Assembly: GCA_045106415.1 (NCBI GenBank)
Contig: JBGCEP010000026.1
Location: forward strand, 64,001-128,000
Source of the DNA: Oligoflexales bacterium
Lineage (GTDB): Bacteria; Bdellovibrionota_B; Oligoflexia; Oligoflexales; Bog-1112
Direction of reading: 5' to 3'
Length of the DNA stretch: 64,000 nt
The notes under the pieces were generated by a model. The model made no database searches and had not been told where the DNA came from. It worked only from the letters and a program-made list of their open reading frames with translations. This document shows, one piece after another, positions 17,143 through 27,306 of the stretch (its first letter is position 1; each line of letters begins with the position of its first letter). The position numbers were made by a program, and so were the translations under genes.

Positions 17143-18633
17143 ATGCGTACTATGAAAAATCTCGGAACGGAATTTCGTGTCGGACTCTTTACTCTTTTGG
17201 CAGGAGTGACGATCGGATATATTTTTCTTGTTTTAAGCCCAGAAAGCTTCGAACAAAAAGGTATGACGACATATGCAACTGTTGTCCAGGATGCATCTGG
17301 AGTCGTTAAAAAAACCCATGTGAAAACCAATGGTGTGATTGTTGGACAAGTGGGAGATGTTGTTCTTGAGGTGAATCAAACTCGTTTGATTCTAGAGATT
17401 GAGGATCGAGTTAAAATTCCTAAAGGTTCAAAAATTCGTATTCGAGAAAAAGGTCTTTTAGGTGATGTTTTTATTGATGTTGCTCGTGTAGAAGATAGTG
17501 GAGATTATTACCAGCATGGGGATGTCATACCTCCTGTTGAAGGGCAAACAAACCTGTCTTCACTTATGGCTTCAGCTGGTGATATAGCAAAAGATGTGAA
17601 AAAAGTAACTTCTGCTTTGGCAAACGCAATGGGTTCAGACAAGGGCCGGCAGCAGTTGGAAAATATACTTGATGATATTGCCTCTATTACAGGTGATGCT
17701 CGTCGGACCATGGGTGTTTTGGGGGAAGAGCTCGCAGGAGATGATAAAAAGCTTGTACGAATGATTGGTAATCTTGATGGGACGCTGGCTGATATCCGTG
17801 ATTTCAGTGGACATATTAAAGGGCTCGTTTCAGGCCCTAATAAAGAGCGATTGGAGAATATTTTAGCTTCATTTAATAACACGATGGAAGACGCTGAAGT
17901 CACCGCTCATAACATAAGAACGGTGAGCCATAAGATTGAGCGAGGTGAAGGAACTATTGGTCGTTTATTAAATGACGAAAAAACTGTCGCGGAAATTGAA
18001 GGTGCAGTAAAAGATATTCGGAAAATTCTGAAACCAGCAACACAACTTAAGGTCAATGTTGATTACCACGGAGAGGCTAGGAGCGGTGGTGAAACGCAGC
18101 ATTATTTTGACCTTCATATGAAAACTCGACCAGACAGATATTATGTTTTTGGGGTCACAGACTTAAAAGCGAGAACAGTTGATACAACCACGGAAAGTGG
18201 GGTGACCCCTGAAGGGGAAGATGTTGATACTAAAACACGTGAAATTCAAACAATTTCAATTAAAGAAAAACTTCGATTTAATCTTCAATATGCAAAAAGG
18301 TATGGACCACTACAGTTTCGCTTTGGCTTGTTTGAAAGCACAGGTGGTATCGCTACTGATGTTTATGCTTTGCGTGATCGTGTCAAACTCACGATGGAGG
18401 CGTTTGATTGGGATTCTCCTGAGACAGAACGTCGCACTGCTCATTTTAAAACTTATATGACTTTACTCTTCTATGATCATGTGTATGCCATGATTGGCTT
18501 AGATGACGTGACTCGAGTAGATGCGAGTACAGGGCGTGTTCACAAAACCCCTAAACCATTGGGAGGTATAGGGGTCTCATTTGATGATGATGATTTGAAG
18601 GGGTTGATGGGTACTGCTGCGCTCGCCTTGTAA
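17143..18633 (+). CDS. mlaD: MlaD/MCE-domain protein with long helical region and beta-rich C-terminus
   Basis: EFRVGLF transmembrane anchor; MCE motifs DASGV..KTHVKTNGVIVGQV and GLLGDVFIDV; GEGTIGRLLND. Confidence 0.88.
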   Translation: MRTMKNLGTEFRVGLFTLLAGVTIGYIFLVLSPESFEQKGMTTYATVVQDASGVVKKTHVKTNGVIVGQVGDVVLEVNQTRLILEIEDRVKIPKGSKIRIREKGLLGDVFIDVARVEDSGDYYQHGDVIPPVEGQTNLSSLMASAGDIAKDVKKVTSALANAMGSDKGRQQLENILDDIASITGDARRTMGVLGEELAGDDKKLVRMIGNLDGTLADIRDFSGHIKGLVSGPNKERLENILASFNNTMEDAEVTAHNIRTVSHKIERGEGTIGRLLNDEKTVAEIEGAVKDIRKILKPATQLKVNVDYHGEARSGGETQHYFDLHMKTRPDRYYVFGVTDLKARTVDTTTESGVTPEGEDVDTKTREIQTISIKEKLRFNLQYAKRYGPLQFRFGLFESTGGIATDVYALRDRVKLTMEAFDWDSPETERRTAHFKTYMTLLFYDHVYAMIGLDDVTRVDASTGRVHKTPKPLGGIGVSFDDDDLKGLMGTAALAL

Positions 18634-18643
18634 TGGTCCGTTT

Positions 18644-20602
18644 TTAACGGATCATTGAAAGGAAGTGCACGTGTTTCTCATACTGGTCTAGAACATCAGA
18701 AATGATTTGATCTTCTGAGTAACCCATAACATCGTAGTTTTGCCCGCCCTCTTTAAGAAAAATTTCAGCACGGTAGTAGTTTCTATTTGGTGATTTATGA
18801 TGCGTATTCACAGCGAAGCTCGGAGGCTCATATTCGCGAATACGAACGTGGTAGATAAAATCAATTTCTTCACCGTGTAGAACTTCAAAAGCAGCACCCA
18901 GTTCATTTTCTCTTATTTTCGTGTGTATGCCTTGTTTTTTAAATTCTTCAGCAACTTTTTTAAAGCTTGAGACAACATTGTTTTGTATGAAATTTAAGAT
19001 TTGTGAAGACTTCGGGGTGTTCATAATATTTTCAATGCGGAGCTTCCAGTTGTCGTTATCAATTTGAGGGGACGTAATATTGTTCATCCCGGTGCTCATG
19101 CGTTTGAGGTAATCAATATTGAGAGCCTTTTTTAAACCAAAAGCTGAGCAGATTAAGATGAATGAAAAAGGCAAAGCACTAAGAATAGTGATTGTTTGCA
19201 GTGCTTGAAGTCCGCCAACTAAGAACATCACTGTGGCTACGAGCCCAATGAGGGCAGACCAATAAACTTTTTCCCAAACAGGATTATCTTCTCGCCCTTT
19301 ATTTGCCAAAAGATTTACAACCAAAGCCCCTGAGTCGGCAGATGTTATGAAAAAGACTAAAACCATAAACAGTGCTAAACATGAGGTGAGGTTTGATAAA
19401 GGAAAATGGCTTAAAAATGAGAAAAGAGAGGATGCTATGTCATTTTGAACATCTTGGGTTAGAGTACTTTCAGGTTCGTTGAGAGCGATGTATAATGCGC
19501 TGTTGCCAAAAACAGTCATCCAAGTAAAATTAAATAAAGATGGGATAATCATGACGCCCAGAACAAACTCTCTGATTGTGCGGCCATAGGAAATTCTTGC
19601 GATAAACATACCTACAAATGGTGACCAGGATAACCACCACGACCAGTAAAGAAGAGTCCACCCGCCGATCCAGTTGTTAGGCTCATAAGCGTATAAATTA
19701 AATGTTTTGTGAATCACACCAGATAAGTAATTGCCGGTGTTTTCTAAAAATGATTTCAACAAAAAATCGGTTGGGCCGAGAATTAAAACCATTCCCATAA
19801 GGCAAACAGCGAGTGCTAAGTTAAATTCAGATAAAATTCGCACGCCTTTTTCAACACCAGAGACTGCGGATAATGTCGATAGAATACTCACGCATAAAAT
19901 AAGAATAGCAAGAGCAACAGGAGTGGGAGACCACCCTGATAACCACTGGATTCCAGATCCTATTTGTGTGACACCGTAACCTAAAGAGGCTGCAACTCCA
20001 AAAATTGTCCCAATGATAGCGAAGATATCAAGAGTATGGCCAATGGGCCCCCAAATGCGTTTTCCGACAAGAGGAAGAAATGCTGAGCGCAGGGTTAGGG
20101 GAAGTTTTTGTCGATAGCAAAAATAGCTAAGAATAAGCCCTACTAATGCGTACACCGACCAAGCATGTAAACCCCAGTGAAAAAAGGCAATGCTCATGGC
20201 CTCTTTTGCGGCGGCAGGGTTTTTACCAACACCGACAGGAGGTGACACGAAGTGCATAATCGGTTCACCTACTCCGAAAAACATAATGCCAATCCCCATC
20301 CCAGCAGAAAAGAGCATCGCAAACCATGAAGGGTATGAATAACGTGGTTGTGAATGATCTGGGCCGAGACGAATATCACCATATCGGCTTAAACCGAAGT
20401 ACAGAACAAGGAGGAAAATACAAGCAACAGCAAAAATATAAAGCCAGCTGGCGTGTGTAATCAAGTTTTTCTGTATGGTATCTAAGTATTGGTTCATGGG
20501 GACAGGAAACGCAGCTGTGAGTCCCACTAAAGCAAATATTAATAGAGAAGATATCGAAAAAACAGGGTTTTTTAATTTATGTGTAGGCTCTTGTGAATTC
20601 AA
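18644..20602 (-). CDS. betT: BCCT-family choline/glycine-betaine transporter with long C-terminal domain
   Basis: WFAMLFSAGMGIG, HWGLHAW, WTLLYWSWWLSWSPFVGMFIARISYGRTIREF and a BetT-type tail EGGQNYDVMGY. Confidence 0.9.
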   Translation of the reverse strand: MNSQEPTHKLKNPVFSISSLLIFALVGLTAAFPVPMNQYLDTIQKNLITHASWLYIFAVACIFLLVLYFGLSRYGDIRLGPDHSQPRYSYPSWFAMLFSAGMGIGIMFFGVGEPIMHFVSPPVGVGKNPAAAKEAMSIAFFHWGLHAWSVYALVGLILSYFCYRQKLPLTLRSAFLPLVGKRIWGPIGHTLDIFAIIGTIFGVAASLGYGVTQIGSGIQWLSGWSPTPVALAILILCVSILSTLSAVSGVEKGVRILSEFNLALAVCLMGMVLILGPTDFLLKSFLENTGNYLSGVIHKTFNLYAYEPNNWIGGWTLLYWSWWLSWSPFVGMFIARISYGRTIREFVLGVMIIPSLFNFTWMTVFGNSALYIALNEPESTLTQDVQNDIASSLFSFLSHFPLSNLTSCLALFMVLVFFITSADSGALVVNLLANKGREDNPVWEKVYWSALIGLVATVMFLVGGLQALQTITILSALPFSFILICSAFGLKKALNIDYLKRMSTGMNNITSPQIDNDNWKLRIENIMNTPKSSQILNFIQNNVVSSFKKVAEEFKKQGIHTKIRENELGAAFEVLHGEEIDFIYHVRIREYEPPSFAVNTHHKSPNRNYYRAEIFLKEGGQNYDVMGYSEDQIISDVLDQYEKHVHFLSMIR

Positions 20603-20975
20603 AAGTGACCTTTTAGTAAGTGGCTGAATACTGTGTTTTATGGCTATATCTTGCGATCCTCTGCAAAATTAGATCTGAATATTATAGCATGGATATTGCC
20701 GTGGCGACACCTAGGATTCATCGCCTTCTCATACGTGTTGACAGCTATGCTGTGAAGGAATATAAATTTCTTGCTTATGCTGTGGTGATAACAGGCTAAA
20801 CAAGTTAATTTTTTTGCAAAAAACAGCTGTGATGGCGTGACGCTTTTTTTAACTAAAAAATACTTTTTTACATAGAAAAGTGTTTTTTTTGGGTGTTTAG
20901 TTGTTTTTTTGTCGTTAATTAGGGTGACGAAAAATTCGAAATTGTAACCAAAGCATTGAAATGCTAGGGGAGAAT

Positions 20976-21419
20976 ATGGAAAAGACAAGTGATTATAAAT
21001 GGTTTTGGGATGGACTGGACCATTACCTTATTAAAAATGGTATGAAACAAAGTTCACAACGAAAAGTAATTGTTTCTTACTTTTTAGAAGTCGGGACTCA
21101 CGTACACGCTGAAGATATTCATGCTGCGATGCGTGCAGATGGACATGTTGTTGGACTTGCAACTATATATAGAGCGCTATCTCTTCTTAAAGATGCAGGC
21201 TTAGTGCAGCAGTATCTTTTTGGTGATGGAAAACGAGTTTTTGAAATTTTTGACCCAGAAGAGCACCATGACCATATGATTTGTCAAGATTGTGGTGGAG
21301 TCTCAGAATTTCATAATGAGCAGATCGAGAAAATTCAAGTTGATGTAGCAAATGAAAGAGGCTTTAAAGTTGTCTCACACCGGCATGAACTTTATGGTGT
21401 TTGTCAGGACTGCCAGTGA
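20976..21419 (+). CDS. fur: Fur-family transcriptional regulator
   Basis: HVHAEDI, GLATIYRAL, HHDHMICQDCG and LYGVCQDC. Confidence 0.88.
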   Translation: MEKTSDYKWFWDGLDHYLIKNGMKQSSQRKVIVSYFLEVGTHVHAEDIHAAMRADGHVVGLATIYRALSLLKDAGLVQQYLFGDGKRVFEIFDPEEHHDHMICQDCGGVSEFHNEQIEKIQVDVANERGFKVVSHRHELYGVCQDCQ

Positions 21420-21432
21420 TGGTCTGTTGTTC

Positions 21433-22265
21433 TTAGTAAGCTTCAAGATCCATTTCTTTAAGAAAGTAGCCATAACTTTTAGAAATAAGGTTGACGAAGA
21501 ATGACGTTGGTTCTGTGCGCAGAACCCTTTTCTTAGGTCTTTTCTTCGGTTTTTGTATGATGCCGATGAAGATTATCTCGAGTGTGTCTGTATGTTTTTT
21601 TATCTTTCTCACAGGCTTTCATAAGTTTTTTGTTGGGATGTAAACTTTTTAAAAAAGTGACTTCTTCAAAGCTCTAACGTTGAACAGCCTCAGGATTCCC
21701 GAGAGTGATGTGGTCCACGGATGTCGTTGGTCCTATGTATGGCATCGATGACAATAAATTCCACTTACAAGCCGAACCTTCGATTCTTTTGTTCTCGTGT
21801 AGGATCAAAAAAAAAAAGAGAACTCTAAATAGGTTCTTCTTTGATTAGTATTTCCGGCAATGATTAATTCTTTAAGTTCATTTGCAAGTCTAAAGATAAT
21901 TTTTGCAACATTGAAGCTGTTAAAATCTTTTACTCTTAAACTCTTGTCCTGCTCTGAAAAGGCTTTTTGATTATTCGCAGTCCAATGAAGAACTCTGCAT
22001 CGGATTTTTTTTTAATGACGAGCACTTAATATGTTGTTTTTCTAAATCTGTATGATTATTTTTTAATATAGAAATTTTATTTGAATCTAAAGATGAACCT
22101 TGTTCATCATGGTGAGTGACACCATCTTGTTCTATTGTATGGTGCTTTAAATTCTTTGATGTATGAGTTGGTTCTGATTTTGTGTGTTTTGTTTTAAAAG
22201 AGCGGCATGACATGCAGGAGTAAAGTGATTATAGTTGATCAGATTTTTATTATAAGAATCCTCAT
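21433..22265 (-). pseudogene. Probable degraded lipoprotein gene
   Basis: Broken signal-like start MRILIIKI*STIITLLL/MSC, then successive protein-like frames joined by frameshifts (two at 9-nt and 11-nt homopolymers) and stops. Confidence 0.35.
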
Positions 22266-22346
22266 CAAGTACAGTCATCTATTCATTGAATAAGAATAAA
22301 AAATTGATAAAAGAATAATCTTTCTTTTTTTGTTGCTTTTAGATGA

Positions 22347-25004
22347 TTATGTTTCATTTTTTTGATTTAACTCTTCAAATATTTGATACAGATTTCTTTT
22401 TTGAATGGGTTTTGATAGAAAAAGATCCATACCGGTATTGAGGCATTTTTCCTTATCTTCAGGCATGGAACTTGCTGTTAGAGCAACGATGAGTGTGTCA
22501 GGTCTCTGCTCTTTTATTCTTTGAGTCGCTTCAAAACCATCCATAATTGGCATGTGACAATCCATGAAAATAATATCATAATTTTTTTCTTGTGACCTTT
22601 GAAATGCAATGAATCCATTTTCTGCAAAGTGGACAACGCAATTAATTTTTTCTAAGTACCCTTGAATAACGGCCTGATTAATGAGATTGTCTTCTGCAAC
22701 AAGTACTTGAAAACATCGAGAATGTATAAGTTCTTGTGACAGAATATTTTGAATATTATCTATTGCTTTAGTAGAGGGAAAAGTTGGGAATTGAAACCCA
22801 AATGTTGACCCTTTACCTTCTGAACTTTGCACCCAAATACTTCCTTTCATGAGCTCAATAAAGCTTTTGCAAATGGAAAGTCCTAGGCCAGATCCTCCAA
22901 AGTTTCTTGTGGTAGAGGCGTCAGCTTGGGAGAATGGCTGAAAAAGGTGTGATTGTATTTGTGGCGAAATACCAAGGCCATTGTCTTGTACTAAAACCTT
23001 AATATATTGTGTATGATCCCAAAAAACATCGATTTTAATTGTCCCGCGTTTGGTGAATTTAATAGCATTGCTTAACAAATTGGTAAATATCTGACGTACT
23101 CTCACAGGGTCTCCACTAATCCAGTGAGGGACATCTTTATGCACGTCAAATTTAATTATATTTCCTTTGACGCTTGCTTTATTTTTTAATAGATCAATAA
23201 CTTGTTGGAATTCTGTTTTGATGCAAAAAGAAATATTTTCCAGTTGAACTTTATTTGATTCTAATTTAGAAAAATCAAGAATATCATCAATGACTTGAGT
23301 CAGTGTTTCCCCACATTTATGAATGGATTTCACTTTATTAAGTGTTTTTTCATCTGTTTCTGAATTTAAGATAAGATCTGTTATGCCTAAGATACCATTT
23401 AAGGGTGTTCTGATTTCATGAGACATATTAGCTAAGAATTGTGATTTTATTTCTGTAGATTTTTCAGCTGTTTTTTTTGCTTCTAAAAGAGCTTTTTCAT
23501 GTTGTTTTTTTTCTGTGATATCAGTGCGGATTGCGATATAACCAGATATAGATCCGTCTTCTCCAACTTGAGGAATAATAGAAGTGTCAACCCAATAGAA
23601 CTCCCCTGACTTTTTTTTGTTTTTAATTTCACCACGCCATATCTTTTTTGAAGAAATCTCTTTCCATAACCTTGGGAAAAAATCACGATCGTGATGATGA
23701 GAATTTAATATACGGTGGTCACTTCCAATGAGTTCTTCATTAGAATAACCTGATATTTCAATAAATTTATCATTAACTTCTGTTATAATCCCTTTTTTGT
23801 CAGTTTGTGCGTAGATGGAAATCTCGTCGATGGCAATTTTTTTCTCGTGAGATTTTTTGAGTGATATTTGAAGTTCATTTTTTGAAATAGTTTGTGAAAT
23901 ATAAAACATTACAATGATGATTGTAATGAAGATAAGGAGGCCGGGTATGGTGTATGTTTCTGACTTCATAAGGTGATTTTTGATGATTTGACGCGTCGGC
24001 CCGAGTTGAAGAGAAAGTTGGATGTTTCTAATGTGAATACCGATTTTTGTATCGAATTTTTTTGGGCTATGATCTCCTTGTTTATATATAGTTTTTGAAT
24101 CAAGAAGTATTGTGGTGTTAAATTCTTTCTCAAATAAATCTTTGAAAAAATACTCTGACTTGTATGTTGCTATAATATAACCGTTGATTTCATTTTTTTT
24201 ATTAAAAGTAGGGTGAGATGATAAAAAGAATGTCTCATCTTTTGGTCCTGAAAAAGGGGGGCTAATGGATCCTTTTTGAGTTTTGTGAGATGCGTGGATA
24301 GCGGTGTTTTTTTCTTTATGAGAAATGCTGTTAATTTGTTCTATTATGGCAATTTTATTTTCTGGATACAGCCAATGAGATATGAAATCTGTGTCTACCC
24401 ATGAAATAGATTGCAAATTATTAAAGTCGTTTAAGTACTTTTTTGTGTCTTTTTTCCATTTAGATAAACTATCTTTATCTTCATTGTTAAATCTTAATGC
24501 TATTCGATCTATGTTTGTTAAATTGTTATTGATTTTCATCCTTACAAGCATTGAAGTTGTTTTAATTTTTTCTTCCATTATCTTTTCAAGGTTTTCTTTT
24601 TCTTTTTTGTGCATAAAAATAAAGGTGTATGAAGAAAGACTTAATCCAAATATAATGATTGCAGAAATATTTATACTTAAGTGTAGTGAGGTAGGAAGAT
24701 TATTATGCATATGAGAAATTTTTTTATTCTTATACATTTCTTTTATAATTTGAGAAGTAGGTTCTTTTTTGACTGATAGTAATGAGTATATCCGTTCTTT
24801 TTTCTTTCCTATAAAAACACCAATTATACAAAAAATAAAAAATAAAATGATCAAAGGTATTATAATATTAATATTTGTCTTAATGATTTCAATGTAATGG
24901 TGATCTTCTGGTGTGGCGAGACTTGTTATGATAATAGAAGAAAAAAAAATGCTCATAGCTGCGCCGAAAAAAGCATAAATCCAAAGTGATCTTTTTTTTC
25001 TCAT
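22347..25004 (-). CDS. Membrane-bound hybrid sensor kinase/response regulator (PAS, HisKA, HATPase, REC)
   Basis: Several transmembrane segments; PAS WRGEIKNKKKSGEFYWVDTSI; SHEIRTPLNG; NLLSNAIKFT; GGSGLGL; receiver IIFMDCHMP. Confidence 0.92.
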   Translation of the reverse strand: MRKKRSLWIYAFFGAAMSIFFSSIIITSLATPEDHHYIEIIKTNINIIIPLIILFFIFCIIGVFIGKKKERIYSLLSVKKEPTSQIIKEMYKNKKISHMHNNLPTSLHLSINISAIIIFGLSLSSYTFIFMHKKEKENLEKIMEEKIKTTSMLVRMKINNNLTNIDRIALRFNNEDKDSLSKWKKDTKKYLNDFNNLQSISWVDTDFISHWLYPENKIAIIEQINSISHKEKNTAIHASHKTQKGSISPPFSGPKDETFFLSSHPTFNKKNEINGYIIATYKSEYFFKDLFEKEFNTTILLDSKTIYKQGDHSPKKFDTKIGIHIRNIQLSLQLGPTRQIIKNHLMKSETYTIPGLLIFITIIIVMFYISQTISKNELQISLKKSHEKKIAIDEISIYAQTDKKGIITEVNDKFIEISGYSNEELIGSDHRILNSHHHDRDFFPRLWKEISSKKIWRGEIKNKKKSGEFYWVDTSIIPQVGEDGSISGYIAIRTDITEKKQHEKALLEAKKTAEKSTEIKSQFLANMSHEIRTPLNGILGITDLILNSETDEKTLNKVKSIHKCGETLTQVIDDILDFSKLESNKVQLENISFCIKTEFQQVIDLLKNKASVKGNIIKFDVHKDVPHWISGDPVRVRQIFTNLLSNAIKFTKRGTIKIDVFWDHTQYIKVLVQDNGLGISPQIQSHLFQPFSQADASTTRNFGGSGLGLSICKSFIELMKGSIWVQSSEGKGSTFGFQFPTFPSTKAIDNIQNILSQELIHSRCFQVLVAEDNLINQAVIQGYLEKINCVVHFAENGFIAFQRSQEKNYDIIFMDCHMPIMDGFEATQRIKEQRPDTLIVALTASSMPEDKEKCLNTGMDLFLSKPIQKRNLYQIFEELNQKNET

Positions 25005-25060
25005 ATAAAAGCCTGTTTTAGATCATTTAAGTAAAGGTATAAAGCTGGCCTTATATTGAT

Positions 25061-25087
25061 TCATCGGTTTTTTTTTGAAAATGTGAA
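25061..25087 (-). promoter_or_regulatory. Putative sigma-28-type promoter before the hybrid kinase
   Basis: On the minus strand, TTCA-N15-ACCGATGA. Confidence 0.3.
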
Positions 25088-25197
25088 GTATTATGAATAT
25101 TAAATTATTTTTAATTATCAGCGGTTATCATATTTTCTTTAGAAAAAAATCAAAAATGACGATAAAGGACGCAGTTATGATCCCTAGGAGTAATAGC

Positions 25198-26436
25198 GTG
25201 AAAATATTTGATAGCAACAATAAAATGACGATGGCTTTTAGTTTTTTATTATTTATCTCCATGGGTTGTGGTAAGACCTCGACACGATCGTCATCCTCAG
25301 GGTCGAGTGATGCTACAATATCTGACATTAGTATGACACTTCCAAGGCGAGCATTACTTGCAAATGAAGTTCCTGCTATTAAAAGACTCATGACACATTA
25401 TCGATTGAGGTATGAAACAGTTGTTCCGTGTGCTTCAAGAGGATTTATTGAGGTAGCAGCGTACCGAGATGAAGGGCTTCTCGGTATTAATGTTGATCGT
25501 AGCTGTGAAATTCTTTTAAGTATGGAGTATGGATATAATCTTAAAAGCGATGGAAGTGGAGATGTTTATTATGCTTCGAATAGAATGCGTTTCTCACCAG
25601 AAGATTTAGGTGGAATTCCATTAAATCTTGTTGATAATGATGATTTTCTGCAGTCTGAATCACAAAAAACTTCACAAAATGTTGCTTCACAGGGTTCTGT
25701 AAATTCAAACAGCGTCTCACCCCAAGTTCAAGAGAATAATAGTTCTCAAAATATAAATAACTCAAGTAATCAGAACAATAGCTCCCAAGATGTGAGTCAT
25801 TCGTCAGTGCCGCAGGACTCTTCTCGAACAACTAGCGCACAGCAGTCAAGCTCGGTTGGAGAAGAAACAAAGAAGAAGCGTTATTTCCGAATAGATTTTG
25901 ATATGCGTATTACGACATTAGGAAAACAACTTGGTTTAAAAACTGAGACTTTTCGCAATTCTGAAGAAGTTGCTACGGGCAGTTCTTCAAAGGACAGTCG
26001 TGACTCATCTACAGGTCTTCCTAGTTCTGACATTGATCGAGATTTAAATCCAGCCTCAGGTATTCAATCGCGTGATGATGTGGATGACAGTTTGATTGAT
26101 GATGGAAGAAGTAATGATGATGATCTTATTTCTGAGCCTTTTGAGGGTTTAGATGATGATGAGCTTCCTTCTGAAGAAGGTGGTGATGAAAATCAAGTGC
26201 AAAAAGAAGTGACTTATAACGATGATATTCAACTGCTTTTGAGTGATAACTGCACTTCTTGTCATAGCCCAGGCGGAGTCGCTGCAAGTATTGACTTATC
26301 AACTGAAGATTCTGCTAAAAATTTTGCAAGTCAGTCTAATAGCTCTATTCAAAATGAGAGAATGCCTCCATCAACCCCATTAGCATCTGAGGATAAAGAA
26401 CTTTTTGATGCATGGATAGAAAGTGGTGCTCAATAA
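25198..26436 (+). CDS. Lipoprotein with low-complexity linkers and C-terminal monoheme cytochrome c domain
   Basis: AGGAG 7 nt before GTG 25198; lipobox ISMGC; S/N/Q- and D/E-rich linkers; C-terminal DNCTSCH...RMPP...AWIESGA. Confidence 0.8.
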   Translation: MKIFDSNNKMTMAFSFLLFISMGCGKTSTRSSSSGSSDATISDISMTLPRRALLANEVPAIKRLMTHYRLRYETVVPCASRGFIEVAAYRDEGLLGINVDRSCEILLSMEYGYNLKSDGSGDVYYASNRMRFSPEDLGGIPLNLVDNDDFLQSESQKTSQNVASQGSVNSNSVSPQVQENNSSQNINNSSNQNNSSQDVSHSSVPQDSSRTTSAQQSSSVGEETKKKRYFRIDFDMRITTLGKQLGLKTETFRNSEEVATGSSSKDSRDSSTGLPSSDIDRDLNPASGIQSRDDVDDSLIDDGRSNDDDLISEPFEGLDDDELPSEEGGDENQVQKEVTYNDDIQLLLSDNCTSCHSPGGVAASIDLSTEDSAKNFASQSNSSIQNERMPPSTPLASEDKELFDAWIESGAQ

Positions 26437-26550
26437 TAAAATTGAGTAATTTATTTCCATGAGGTCTTTGGGCTAGTTTTTTTTCTAAGATAAATTTTTA
26501 TTTTATCTTCTTGTTTTTAAATGATAATTGGAGTTGTTTTTGTTGTTTCC

Positions 26551-26577
26551 TGAAGTTTCCTAAAAATGCACCGACAG
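26551..26577 (+). promoter_or_regulatory. Putative sigma-28-type promoter
   Basis: TGAA-N15-ACCGACAG, ending 21 nt before ATG 26599. Confidence 0.3.
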
Positions 26578-26598
26578 TGTATATAAGGTGGAGGAAGC

Positions 26599-27306
26599 AT
26601 GAAAAAACAAAAATTCTCCAATTTTTTATTCTTTCTAGCTATTATCTTTTTAGCTCAAGGTTGTTATTTCATTGAATTTTTCAATGGAGGTAGTGATTCT
26701 TCTTCAGGAGGAGATGAGCCTTCAGTTAGCCGTCAGCCTGTTTTAGGGGGGACGATTGGCCCTGTGGCTGGAAGTGTTGATGAAATCGCTTTGGCTGCCG
26801 TCTATGCTATCTACCCAGGAACTGCTCCTGCATCTATCCGCCCTGATCCAGATTTGTATGTTCGGAGATTTTTAAGGCAGTTTAGAGAAGAAAGCTCTAC
26901 TTTAGCTCGTGCAATTGGAAATGTAGAGGGCTTTCGTTTATTGTTAGGCGGGGCGAGTATTGACTTTCAAAAAATGCCTCAACAAACATACGATGCAACA
27001 TCATTACTTGCCAGCCTTAGTGTTGCCGGAGAGGTTTGTGAAGGGCTGGTTTCACCCAATAATTGGGAACACTCTGGTTGGGAAACTATTTTACCATTCG
27101 GTGCAAATGATACTCAAAACAATATTAAGTTTCTTATTCAAAGAATTACCGGTCAAAAATCTTCTGAAATCTTAGCTGAGGATGTTGATCAACTTCAACA
27201 AATTTTAGATGACCATAGAGAAAATTTAGACGACCCCGTGACATATGAAGATTATCAACCTGTATGTGCTGTACTATCTTTGGATGCGGAGGCGTTATTA
27301 TTATGA
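26599..27306 (+). CDS. Hypothetical lipoprotein
   Basis: SD GGAGG; lipobox LAQGC; ATGA overlap with the next gene. Confidence 0.8.
   Translation: MKKQKFSNFLFFLAIIFLAQGCYFIEFFNGGSDSSSGGDEPSVSRQPVLGGTIGPVAGSVDEIALAAVYAIYPGTAPASIRPDPDLYVRRFLRQFREESSTLARAIGNVEGFRLLLGGASIDFQKMPQQTYDATSLLASLSVAGEVCEGLVSPNNWEHSGWETILPFGANDTQNNIKFLIQRITGQKSSEILAEDVDQLQQILDDHRENLDDPVTYEDYQPVCAVLSLDAEALLL

Noticed and set aside
20603..20975. Riboswitch before betT, or ORF 20644-20988
   Set aside because: No recognisable aptamer; the ORF is a low-complexity translation of an AT-rich divergent promoter region and overlaps the fur start.
25660..25860. Short repeats encoding NNSSQ/NNSSN
   Set aside because: Degenerate coding low-complexity linker, not a CRISPR array or DNA tandem repeat.
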